A stretch of 63,650 nucleotides of DNA, filler included, from Octopus bimaculoides (lineage: Eukaryota): assembly GCF_001194135.2 (NCBI RefSeq). It is 6 parts of 6 records of this genome, joined end to end, with 100 filler letters (N's around TTAATTAATTAA, not from the genome) between each part and the next. Parts side by side here need not be neighbours in the genome. Positions count along the whole stretch, not along the records: positions 26,740 to 55,327 come from NC_068984.1; positions 55,428 to 62,249 come from NC_068992.1; 4 more parts are not named here. One strand, given 5' to 3'. Numbering within the stretch: the stretch's first letter is position 1; each line of letters opens with the position of its first letter. The notes beneath the pieces were generated by a model, which was not told the origin of the DNA, made no database searches, and saw only the letters and a list, made by a program, of their open reading frames with translations. This document shows positions 50,507 through 61,700 of the stretch, one piece after another. The position numbers were made by a program, and so were the translations under genes.

Positions 50507-52314
50507 ATATAAGAAATATAAGCAGGAAATAATAGGCAGGAACATTTCTTGTAGAAAAATGTGTAGCATGGTAGACAGTTCATGGTTCATTATAGTTTAT
50601 AGATTATCGTGTTCTGGAGGGTAGGGAGGTTTATTCAGATCCATATGAAAGGGGTTCTTCCTTACATACATTCCTAGATAAGTACATTGTTTAAAATAGA
50701 GGTTGAGTAATGCATCCAGTTGAGAGAAGGGAAAAAAATAGTGCTAGCAGTTTGAAAGTCCCTGTGAAAGTCACGTATTCCCCCCCCNNNNNNNNNNNNN
50801 NNNNNNNNNNNNNNNNNNNNNNNNNNNNNNNNNNNNNNNNNNNNNNNNNNNNNNNNNNNNNNNNNNNNNNNNNNNNNNNNNNNNNNNNNNNNNNNNNNNN
50901 NNNCCACACATGTTAATTAAATATAAATAAGTAACAATTGAAGGACAGGTGTCAATTCATGACGGCCATTTCCAGTGACTCCTTTAATTTATTAATGACT
51001 ACATTATATCATTATAAAGAAACTATTTTCTTTGGATGAATACATGAACTTAACAATCAAGGACGTTCAAAATGATTTAACATAGTTTAAATCCACAGAG
51101 CAAAACATTTTCAATGATCCTGCTACTGTTTCAGTTGACAGAATGGATTTACCAAAATAATGTATATTTAATCAGATCAGAAAAAATTTAGAGGTTAGCA
51201 GGGTTTTTATCAGGGGGAAGGAATAAACAACCTCCAGTGACTACTAACAATAGAGAAAGCCACAACTCCAGCTCTGTTAGTCTGGGGATATATCTATCAA
51301 GGAGTTGTTTATTGTCTTCTGGTAAGTGGTAAGAAAATGATTTGTGGTCAGGTAAACCTACTAAATGACCAAGGTCATTTGTGATGGAACCAATTCTCAA
51401 GTTTTTTCTCTTCTACCAGACATGGCAGAGGTCAGTAATAGGGAAGCGAAGGATGGAGAGGAGAGAATAAAGGAAAAAAAGTAAGAAATCCAACCAACTA
51501 ATTACCATAATACTAAAAGAGGATAAAAAACTGTGAAGGATAATGGAATAAAGGTTATGGGGTTAAACCGTGACTCTGGGAATCAGTGAATGGGAATAAA
51601 GAAGCCAACTATAAAATAGAGCTTTAATATTGTAACAATAAGAAAAATTAAATATTAAATATAAGGTAAATAATTAAAAGGTACTTAGAATTATAAAAAA
51701 GAAGTGTATTAAGATATGAAAATTTTAAAGAAATATAAAGTATATATGTGTGTGTGTGTGTATGCATATATGTATAGACATATAAATACATATATATATA
51801 TCTGAAGCATATTTGGTTTCTATGATTCTAACAAGAAAGATGTGTTTGGCAAACCTATGAAAATTTAAGTTGCATGGAATTGAATCAAACTGTTGTGTGT
51901 GTGTGTGTGTGTGTTGTAGTAAATGAGGATGGATACTTATCAAGCACAGAAATAAAATAAAAGAAAATCATTAGACAATCGACTATTTTGTACATTCAGT
52001 CTCATCACCTATGTGCACTTAATATCAGGTTCTCTGAAGCCTTGGCAGATGTCAAAACTGGACTGGCAAAACAGCAATATAACCTGTTAGAACTTGAATC
52101 TAACTTGTATAGGACAATCACTGGTGTGGAACCAGAACAAAAAACAACATTACAGCTTAGTATTAACTAGATTTCATTCGTTAATTTACTATGTATATTT
52201 TGTAAGATCTTTCAAGGTGAAAAGCATCAGCAGTATAGATCATCCTTCACACTAAACAGAGGGAAGAGAATTGTCACTATGATTTTATAACACATATACA
52301 CACATCTGTGTGAG

Positions 52315-52350
<36 letters not shown>

Positions 52351-52459
52351 AAAATGAATGTATTATATGCATCAAAGCAGTGAACATTAATTGAATAAAG
52401 AGCACACAACAAGTGAAGAGCCTGATGTGTTATAAATTATTAATATAGAACATCCTACT

Positions 52460-52630
52460 CATCATCATCATCACCATCATTGGCTGCCGTTGTCGTCATA
52501 ATCGTCGTCGTCATCATCATCATCATTGTCATCATCGACATCTTCATCATCATCATTGTCATAATCCTCTTCATCATTGCCACCACAACCACCACCACCA
52601 CCACCATCCTCATCATCAGTATCATCATTG
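52460..52630. repeat. (CAT)/(CGT)/(CAC) compound trinucleotide repeat
   Basis: Direct reading. Confidence 0.9.
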
Positions 52631-53240
52631 GTTTAGCATCTACTTTCCAATGCTTTGCATGGGTTAAAGTTTTGGGTCAGAGTTTTCTATGGCCAGCTGC
52701 ACTTCCTGATGCCAATCCACACCTATTTCCTAGTGAAGTAATAATCTTTCAGTTTATTGAGCGACAAACAGCTCAGACATTGGTCATGGAGAGTCTGGAA
52801 ACAAATGACACCATGTGAATGAGGCTTTTGTTTACAAACATTGCACAACATGTTAAAAGCAGTGTCAAGTAGGCTGGATGTGCTTTTGTGGTGGACTGCA
52901 AGCAAATGATACTATCTGTGTGAACATTGAAGCCCGTGTTTGCAGCCAGTGGGCAGATTTGAAGATGAGGGAAATATGAATGTATACAAACACAAACCTG
53001 CACATATACACACAAACACGCAGAGTAAGGGCTTCTTTCACAAGGTTGGCTCAGAGTTATAGTAGAAGACATTTACCCAAGGTGCCATGCAGTAGGACTG
53101 AACCTGGAAATGTTGTTGGAAAGCGAACTTCTTAACCATGCAGCTACCTCTCTGTGTGTGTGTGTGTGTGTATATATATATCATCATCATCATCATCATC
53201 ATTGTTTAACATGTGCCTTCCATGCTGACATGATATATAT

Positions 53241-53870
53241 ATATATGAACAAATATTCAAATGCTTACATTCGAAATAAGATATTACTATTGTTAATATT
53301 ATCTGTGGTGAATATTTGTAATTGATAATAATAACAACAGTAATATAGGCAGTTCCAGGTTTAATAGCATTATATAGCTATAAAAGTAAAAATTAGCATG
53401 AAGCATAAGGATGCACAAAGCATCAACCTGTTTAAAAATAGGTGTTAAAGTCCCAATTCAACCACCAAAAAGCACCAGTTGTTATTATCAATTACAAATA
53501 TTCACCACAGATAATATTAACAATAGTAATATCTTATTTCGAATGTAAGCATTCAAATATTTGCTCATAAATATATTTGCACCTTGTGGACTGGTTTTGG
53601 CACAAAACAAACCAGAATGCTAATGGATTTATAACGTCGCGGATTTAGAATTTGTTTTTCAGTCACTCAGACTGATGAAGGTTGAGGCCTGTTGGGTCAG
53701 CACCCAAAACCATGGTATATGAGCATCTGAATGGCATAATCCTTAATGGTATGCTTTTTAATTTCTTTATCCGTTTCCCTCGCTTACTGTTATTTTCTGT
53801 AATTTTGGTGCTTTTTGGTAGTTGAATTGGGACTTTAACTCCTATTTCTAAATAGGTTGATGCTTTGTGC
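53241..53870. mobile_element. Penelope-like pseudo-LTR with inverted, permuted duplication and hammerhead-like motif
   Basis: Inverted pairs 53241-53338/53478-53576 and 53413-53477/53806-53870; motif at 53666-53723. Confidence 0.7.
53666..53723 (+). ncRNA. Degenerate hammerhead-like motif
   Basis: CTCAGA-CTGATGA-..CACCC-AAA-ACCATGGT-A-TATGAG; GAAA reads AAAA, palindromic stem III. Confidence 0.5.
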
Positions 53871-54731
53871 TACTTTTTAATTATATATATATATATATNN
53901 NNNNNNNNNNNNNNNNNNNNNNNNNNNNNNNNNNNNNNNNNNNNNNNNNNNNNNNNNNNNNNNNNNNNNNNNNNNNNNNNNNNNNNNNNNNNNNNNNNNN
54001 NNNNNNNNNNNNNNNNNNNNNNNNNNNNNNNNNNNNNNNNNNNNNNNNNNNNNNNNNNNNNNNNNNNNNNNNNNNNNNNNNNNNNNNNNNNNNNNNNNNN
54101 NNNNNNNNNNNNNNNNNNNNNNNNNNNNNNNNNNNNNNNNNNNNNNNNNNNNNNNNNNNNNNNNNNNNNNNNNNNNNNNATATACTTGTATTTATAGATC
54201 TCTACCAAAAATTTGGTAAAAATATTGTACCTGTTATCAACGTAGCAAAATTCTCATATGAAAGGTTATTAATCATACAATTTTGTGTGCATATCAATTT
54301 AAATAAGAGCTATAATGCGATCCATCGTAAAAACTTGTTTAATGACCTATGCACATTTCGATGCAATATCCTGACTCACTCCTGTATGTTATAAAAAATG
54401 GAATATTGTATCTCTTCAGGGTCAGATTTGATTAATTCATAGCAGACAGTAAATAACAAACAGCATTAATAGTTGTCTTCAAATTACATGTGTATCTTAA
54501 ATTGTGAATTATCGTCTGTTATGTTAACTGCTTGCTCTATCATATCAAAAAAATATGCTTTCCACCTTATTCTGTTGATAAATGAGTGTGATTCCATACA
54601 TGGATTTTTACTTTTGGAATGGAACTATACTCCAAGTACTTTCTCTTCTTTGTTTTTTCTTCTCTGCATCGCTCTCATTTTTTACTGCAAATCTCCTCAT
54701 ACAGATGTAATAATCCTTATCTTCTATTACC

Positions 54732-54780
54732 GTCTCCAATGAAGGGATACATCGAATTTTCCCTGAAACAGCTGTAAGAC
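54732..54780 (+). ncRNA. Hammerhead-like motif with CCAAUGA core variant
   Basis: GTCT-CCAATGA-AGGGA..TCCCT-GAA-ACAGCTGT-A-AGAC; same family as 22090-22139. Confidence 0.5.
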
Positions 54781-55005
54781 ATTCTACATAAAATATAAAT
54801 TTATTTATGCCATTGGTCTCTTTATCTCATTCTTTTTATATATACACACGCTAATACACGACCCATGTTATATTACCCATTCATGTTGCACCCACATCTG
54901 GGGCAAAACTAGTCGGTATACAGCACTTACTCGGCATTACCTGTATCATTTGGGTCTGGTTGACTTCATTACCCTTCATAACCTTTATATATGTATATAA
55001 TTATA

Positions 55006-55217
55006 CTCTTTTACTCTTTTACTTGTTTCAGTCATTTGACGGCGGCCATACTGGAGCACCGCCTTTAGTCATGCAAATCGACCCCAGGACTTATTCTTTG
55101 TAATCCTAGTACTTATTCTATTGGGCTCTTTTGCTGAACTGCTAAGTTACGTGGACATAATATACATATATACATATATGTCAAGCGATGTTGCGGGGGA
55201 CAAACACAGACAAATAA

Positions 55218-55260
<43 letters not shown>

Positions 55261-55327
55261 CATATATACGACAGGCATCTTTCAGTTTCTGTCTACCAAA
55301 TCCACTCACAAGGCTTTGGTTGGTCTG
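55006..55327 (-). mobile_element. SINE family A, head lost in gap
   Basis: TACTCTTTTACTTGTTTCAGTCATTTGAC.. to ..CACAAGGCTTTGGTTGGTCTG. Confidence 0.88.
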
Positions 55328-55501
55328 NNNNNNNNNNNNNNNNNNNNNNNNNNNNNNNNNNNNNNNNNNNNTTAATTAATTAANNNNNNNNNNNNNNNNN
55401 NNNNNNNNNNNNNNNNNNNNNNNNNNNTCTTAACTGGTTCTTATTTCATGAACCTTGAAAGGATGACAGGCAAATATGACCTGTGAAATTGGAACTAAGA
55501 A

Positions 55502-55540
<39 letters not shown>

Positions 55541-55544
<4 letters not shown>

Positions 55545-55885
55545 GCGCAGGAGTGGCTGAGTGATAAGTGGCTTGCTTCCCAACCACATGGTTCCGGGTT
55601 CAGTCCCACTGCATTACACCTTGGGCAAGTGTCTTCTACTATAACCTCAGGTTGACCAAAGCCTTGTGAGTGGATTTGGTAGATGGAAACTGAAAGAAGC
55701 CCATCGTATGTATGGCTGTTTGTCCCCACCCCCACCACCATCGCTTGACAATTGATGTTGGTGTGTTTACATCACCGTAACTTAGCGGTTCGGCAAAAGA
55801 GACCAATAGAATAAGTCCTAGGGTCGATTTGTTCGACTAATGACGATACTCTAGCATGGCCGCAGTCAAATGACTGAAAAGAATA
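55541..55885 (+). mobile_element. SINE family A, near full length, almost no internal microsatellite
   Basis: ACAGGCGCAGGAGTGGCTGAGTG..GGTTCAGTCCC..GTCAAATGACTGAAAAG. Confidence 0.88.
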
Positions 55886-55919
55886 AATGAAATGCTGCCA
55901 GCTCACTGCCACAATAATA

Positions 55920-56545
55920 ATAATCCTTTCTATTATAGGCACAAAGCCTGAAATTTTTTGGTGGTAGACTACTCAATTACATCAACCCCAGTGTTTCACT
56001 GGTACTTATTTTATTGACCCCAAAAAGATTAAAGGTAATGTCAACCTTGGCAGAATTTGAACTCAGAACGTAGCGACAGATGAAATACCACTAAGCATTT
56101 CATCCAGCGAGCTAACAATTCTGCCAGTTCACCACCCTTGATAATAATAATAACAATAATAATCCTTTCTGCTGCAGGCACAAGGCCTGGAATTTTGTGG
56201 AAACAGAGTAGTCAATAATATTCAGCCCAGTGCTCAACTGACATTTTATCAAGCCAAAAGATAGAGTAAACCTTCGTGACATTTGAACCTAGACCGTAGC
56301 AATGGGCAAAATACCACTAAGCATTTTGCCCAGCACGGTAACGATTCTACCAGCCGCTGCCTTCTTAATAATAATAATAATAATCCTTTCTACTATAGAC
56401 ACAAGGCCTGGATCTTATTTTATCAACCCCAAAAGGACGAAAGGCAAAGTCAACCTTGGTGGAATTTGAACTCAGAATGTAAAGACGGATGGAATACTGC
56501 TAAGCATTTCACCCAGTGCACTAACGATTCTGCTAGCTAACAACA
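55920..56545 (-). mobile_element. Three head-to-tail SINE family B copies separated by (AAT)n
   Basis: Units at about 55920-56140, 56158-56380 and 56383-56545, each beginning AATCCTTTCT on the plus strand. Confidence 0.8.
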
Positions 56546-56570
56546 ATAATAATAATAAAGATTCACTTAC

Positions 56571-56766
56571 AGATAATAGCTTTCGTAAGCAAAGGGTTTA
56601 ACAACCTTCCACATCCTCGTACAGACAAAGTCCCACTTTTCATCTGGTCCTTGCTGAACAAGAAATTCATCAAAATTCGTACCATAGCTTGACCATCAGT
56701 CTTCTTACGAATTACCTCAAAATATTGGTCAGAATGGATGTACACACCAAAACCTATGTGCACCAT
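56571..56766 (-). CDS. Exon encoding the core of a BEN domain: MVHIGFGVYIHSDQYFEVIRKKTDGQAMVRILMNFLFSKDQMKSGTLSVRGCGRLLNPLLTKAII
   Basis: Acceptor TTATTTTTTTCCAG|, donor ATCT|GTAAGTG, 196 nt open. Pattern VHxGxG(V/I)-(x)-VRxLxxxLF-x-S-x-G-x-L(D/N)P-x-AI matches BEN domains (cf. BEND5-type KVHLGSGIWV start), judged by eye. Confidence 0.75.
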
Positions 56767-57049
56767 CTGGAAAAAAATAAATAAATGAAATTGGTTAATC
56801 TTTATTCCAACAATGATTATAGATAACTTTCATTCACAGTCCATAACACTTTGCAGAATTGTGTCACAGTTTCAGATCTTTTTTCACACATTCATATAAA
56901 GCTTCTTTAATCACCAATACAGAATGGCAGGTCTTAAATATATTTTATCCCTCTAGAAATCTCCAGTCACTTTATCCTCATCAGCTTCATTGCCAGCACT
57001 GTCCTATGCCTACATATGAGCTTCTGCCACTAAAAGCTACTTGATGCAA

Positions 57050-57600
57050 CCCTCGGGCATCAGTCTGCTGACCTGCGGCAATGGTTGTAGTCCTACTGCC
57101 ATGTGGTGCATCTTAGTTTTGTAGTGCTTTTCCCCTGCTTGTCAATTTTCTGCGATGGTTGAAATGAAGGAACAGCATACTTCTATAAAATTCTGTTTTC
57201 TGCTGGAGAAAATGGCAGCTGAAACAGTTGTCATGCTTCAAACAGTTTATAAAGACACTGCCATGAGCAAAACACAAGTTTACAAGTGGTTTTCATGCTT
57301 TAGGAATGGTCACTTGTTGCTTGAGGACCAACCTGTTCAGGGCCACTATCAACTTCACAAATGAATGAAAACATCCTGAAAATTCATAAACTGATCTTGG
57401 AAGACAATCACCGAACAATTGATGAACTTGTTGATATGACTGGTGTGTCCTGGAGCTCCAACCAACAAATTTTGAGCAAGGAATTGCGAATGAAAAGAGT
57501 TGCAACAAAATTGTGCCTCACTTGCTCATGGAAGATCAAAAGCAGCCAATATTGAATGCATGTTGTGAACTGAAAGAACAGTTGGAAGTCGATGCCTTTT
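57050..57600 (+). mobile_element. mariner transposase N-terminal remnant (paired-like HTH)
   Basis: EQHTSIKFCFLLEK.AAETVVML..AMSKTQVYKWFSCFRNG..LED; ILSKELRMKRVATK. Confidence 0.85.
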
Positions 57601-57699
57601 GCCTTTATGCTATCTGGACACATTTATCTTGCAACTCTAAATACTTCCCTCTTTCCACCTTTAATGCTGTATCAAACAAATTTCATATTCAATGCTTTT

Positions 57700-58275
57700 C
57701 CATTACATAATATAGCTTTTCTTGTACTCCTTAACTCATACAACTTCAAAGCTCAATAAAAACCAGTAGATTCTTTCCTTTACCTCAAGAAAAACACATT
57801 ACCTACAGATACATGTCAGCAAAGTTTGGGCAGCAATTAAAAGCCTCAGTATTATACGCAGATCAAATCTTCTCAAAGAACTTCTTCCAAATACTGATCA
57901 AGTTTACATAGCTTTATGGTTTTTCCATCTGGACACTAAACAAATGTCTTGAAACTATATTGAAAGCTTCTTGACATTTGGGATATCTCTTGAAAGAACC
58001 CCATACCAAAGAATAATTATGCATGTTTCTTAAAATCTCAGGCATTATGAGGGAAAGAAGGGTCCATTTTGCTGGACATTGCTGAAGAATTAAGGAAGAG
58101 CTGGTTAGTGACAGCTGGACATGATTTGAAATTGCATAGGTCACTCTAAGAAGACATTCATTGATCAGTTAACAATTGACACAGGATGTCATTTAGAAGA
58201 ACTGATATATGAACCATGGAAGCGAGAAGGAGAGAGCTGAGTGGAGGCTGAGCAAGCTTGATCTGATGAAGATGA
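57700..58275 (+). mobile_element. RTE LINE 3' remnant
   Basis: FAGHC..KEELVSD..FIDQL..DTGCHLEEL motifs. Confidence 0.7.
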
Positions 58276-58922
58276 TGACAATATCATACAGGTGATACTC
58301 TACTGTCATCATCATTATCATTTTACATTAGTTTTCCATGCTGGCATGAGTTGGATGGTTTGACAGTATCAGGCGGGTCAGACAACCACATCTTGCTTGA
58401 ACGTCTAGCCCCCCNNNNNNNNNNNNNNNNNNNNNNNNNNNNNNNNNNNNNNNNNNNNNNNNNNNNNNNNNNNNNNNNNNNNNNNNNNNNNNNNNNNNNN
58501 NNNNNNNNNNNNNNNNNNNNNNNNNNNNNNNNNNNNNNNNNNNNNNNNNNNNNNNNNNNNNNNNNNNNNNNNNNNNNNNNNNNNNNNNNNNNNNNNNNNN
58601 NNNNNNNNNNNNNNNNNNNNNNNNNNNNNNNNNNNNNNNNNNNNNNNNNNNNNNNNNNNNNNNNNNNNNNNNNNNNNNNNNNNNNNNNNNNNNNNNNNNN
58701 NNNNNNNNNNNNNNNNNNNNNNNNNNNNNNNNNNNNNNNNNNNNNNNNNNNNNNNNNNNNNNNNNNNNNNNNNNNNNNNNNNNNNNNNNNNNNNNNNNNA
58801 ATCTCATGTCTCTTCATTTTAGCACGAAATTCATTATTTATTAACCAGTTTTCCTTGTAAAAAACAGGTGGTTCTTTTTTGTTTTCTCTTGAAATTTTAT
58901 GCCCCACATTTGTTAATGAACC

Positions 58923-58953
<31 letters not shown>

Positions 58954-58959
58954 ATATAC

Positions 58960-59035
58960 CTGGTATTTCTCAGCTTCTTCGGCAGAAACTAAGCCCGCAT
59001 TTGGTCTTCCATGCTTTAACGTGTCCATGTGTTGG
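58960..59035 (-). CDS. Duplicated exon copy B: QHMDTLKHGRPNAGLVSAEEAEKYQ (alternative exon or pseudo-exon)
   Basis: Acceptor TTCTTTCTTATGTTAG|, donor CAG|GTATAT (phase 0); paralogous to 59247-59317, including intronic flank. Confidence 0.45.
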
Positions 59036-59246
59036 CTAACATAAGAAAGAAAATGTAATTTAATACACAAATTATAAATATATACACACAAACACACCAT
59101 GGAAATATATTTATACATAGGAAGGGGAGGGGACAAATGCCATAATAAACAAGAATGATAAAATATCACCAGCAAGGGCTAATTAGTTATACATACATAA
59201 GTATACGAATGCATACTTCTGTTAATGAACACACAAAGTAATACAC

Positions 59247-59317
59247 CTGATATTTTTCAGATTCTTCAGCAGAAACTGAACCAACAACATATGGTCTTCC
59301 ATACTTTTGCACAAATC
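59247..59317 (-). CDS. Exon copy A of the BEN-domain gene: (G)FVQKYGRPYVVGSVSAEESEKYQ
   Basis: Acceptor TTGTTTTAAAAG|, donor CAG|GTGTAT; ends in phase 0 and joins in frame to exon 56571-56766. Confidence 0.6.
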
Positions 59318-59340
59318 CTTTTAAAACAATTGTGAACATA

Positions 59341-60605
59341 TTCGGTCATCCCATAAATAAAGCGGTTTCTTTATACTTCTTTTATTTTTCAAAATTAAGA
59401 TAAACAAAGTTCTTCTTTAATCTAAAATATACACTCCTTCATTTTCTACAATACTCTTCCATCTATCTGGTAGACTTGCAAGGCCCCTCTTCCAAAATTC
59501 ACTTCTCCGTGACAAAAATACTCCTCCAGTACTATTCTGACCTTGTCTACAGAATTCATTTTCTTTCCGTCCAAATGATTTTGAAGACTGTAGAATAAAT
59601 GATAATCAGATGGGGCAATGTCTGGCGAATATGGTGTGTGGGGCATCATTTTCCATCCAAACTTTTCCAGCCTTTGGAATGTCATCCTCACTATATTTGG
59701 CCGAGCATTATCCTGATAGAAGAACACCCTTTGTTTTGGAACCAAAGATGGTCGTTTTTCTTCTAGCACTGACTTAAACTGCTCACAGTAGATCTCCTTT
59801 GTTATCGTTTGGTTTGGGTTTAAAAGTTCAAAGTGGACTAAGCCTTTTATATCCCAACAAACAGATAACAACACCTTATGTGGGTGAAATCCTTCTTTAG
59901 TCTGGGATGCTGGTGTTTCTCCTTTCCCTACCAACTGTCTTCAGCACTTCACATTTTTATAGAGAACCAATTTCTCATCACCAGTCACTATTCAGTCCAA
60001 GAGACATGGCAGCAAAGAAAAACACACATTCACTCTCTGTGTGTGATTAGACTTCGAAAGTTTGTGAGGAACCCACTGACCCAATTTGTTGACTTTTCTG
60101 ATGGATTTGGTCATTCAACCATTCATCGACACCTGCATGCCAAGTATTTCTGCTAGTTCCTCAACAGTTACAATAGGATTTTGTTCCACCAAGGTTTGCA
60201 GGACATCCTTATCGAACTCTACAGATCTTCCAGGACGAGGCTTGTCTTCAAGGCTGTAGTTTCCCACTAGGAATTTCTGGAACCACTGTTGACATATGCT
60301 TATGCTTATTGTCCAATCCCCCTATACTGCATTAATATTCCTTACACTTTCCGTTGTGTTGTTGCCTTTATTGAACTCATAAAGCAAAATATGCTGAATA
60401 TACTCTTTTGTCACTTCCATTATAGCTTTGAAAAAAATAACTGTTAAAATCGAACCACACTCTTCAAAACTTGCACTAAGAATAAGAAAAATGGTAAAAT
60501 TAATACCTGCTTTTATAGCAAGTTGATGCAGGGAGTTTATCCCATCCCCCTCTTACTTTTAGTTCATGCAATTGAAAAAACCGCATTATTTATGGAATCA
60601 CCTAA
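59341..60605 (-). mobile_element. Full-length (1265 bp) defective mariner, DD34D
   Basis: TIRs TTCGGTCATCCCATAAATAAAGCGGTTT / TTAGGTGATTCCATAAATAATGCGGTTT, TA at left flank; QDNARP..YSPDIAPSDY with 34 residues between Asp; frameshifts. Confidence 0.93.
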
Positions 60606-61519
60606 CACTTACTAACTGAAATTAAGTAACTAAATATATAGAGAGAGTATTGTGAAAGAACAAAGATCAATTCATTATAGCCCAATATTTTAGTCCCTTT
60701 GTGGTTCTGCAATCAAATCTGGCCATGGACTTAATGTTAATTTCATAATTTCAGAGAAAGGGAAGCTGCATGTAGCAGTTCCCTTATGATGGAATTTATG
60801 ATAGCTGACATCTCTCCTTTACTTAAACTGGATGCTACGTTACATAATGTTATCTTGTAAATAAATGGGCAAGACCCTAACAACAGATATTGAACAGTAT
60901 ATTAATTTCTTATCGTTACTTCTTGATAATTTAGTCTACAAATCAAATATAGACAGAACTCTCAACTGACATCTGCATCTTCTGAACTCAAGCACTAATT
61001 ACATACATTGCCAATTATCGTTTTACATCTACTTTCAATGCTAGTATGGGTTGGTTGAGTTACTCCAGTTGGTGTCAGGACATATCCAGCAGAGAAGATA
61101 TTGCATATCACTCCTGTGTTTCATTTTTGGCCTGGTTTTTACCACCAGCAGCCCATCCTAACACCGATCAATTTTCAGCATATACTGAGTACTTTTTGAA
61201 ATTTTCTTTGCCAGAATTTCTTCACCTCAACTTACTTCAAATCTTCAAAAACTTATTTCATGAAATAACCAAATTTATAACAATGTGACAGCTACAAAGA
61301 TGTCTAAAGGACCTCTACATTAAACCAGTCAGTGGAGTTTTGTAACTCACAAATGCACAAAGGACAGAATCCTAAAAGCCCTAAAATTCTGGCTAAAGAA
61401 TGCAATTCCAAAACTTTACCACTGGAACTAAATCTAGTTAGTTATTCTACTAAAAGTCTCCACCTTTTCTCTTATTTTCCTCTCTGATATGGTAAAACTT
61501 CTAAATTCTAAGGCAACTT

Positions 61520-61700
61520 CCACTGGTGCTGGTGTTATGAAATGAGCACCCTATACACTCTGTAAAGTGGTTGGCATTAAAAAGGGGATCCAGTTGTAGA
61601 AACCATGTCAAAACTGAAACATTGAAGCAAAAATGGAGTCCACCAACTCATTCAGTCCTACTGAGCCATCCAAATCATTCCAACATGGGAAGTAAAGGGA
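61520..61700 (+). mobile_element. RTE-type LINE 3' end, diverged
   Basis: GAGCACCCTATACACTCTGTAAAGTGGTTGGCATTAAAAAGGGGATCCAGTTGTAGAAACCATG. Confidence 0.6.

Noticed and set aside
51988-52170. ORF RFSEALADVKTGLAKQQYNLLELESNL and its antisense frames
   Set aside because: No recognisable family; no phase-compatible, BEN-like continuation on the minus strand.
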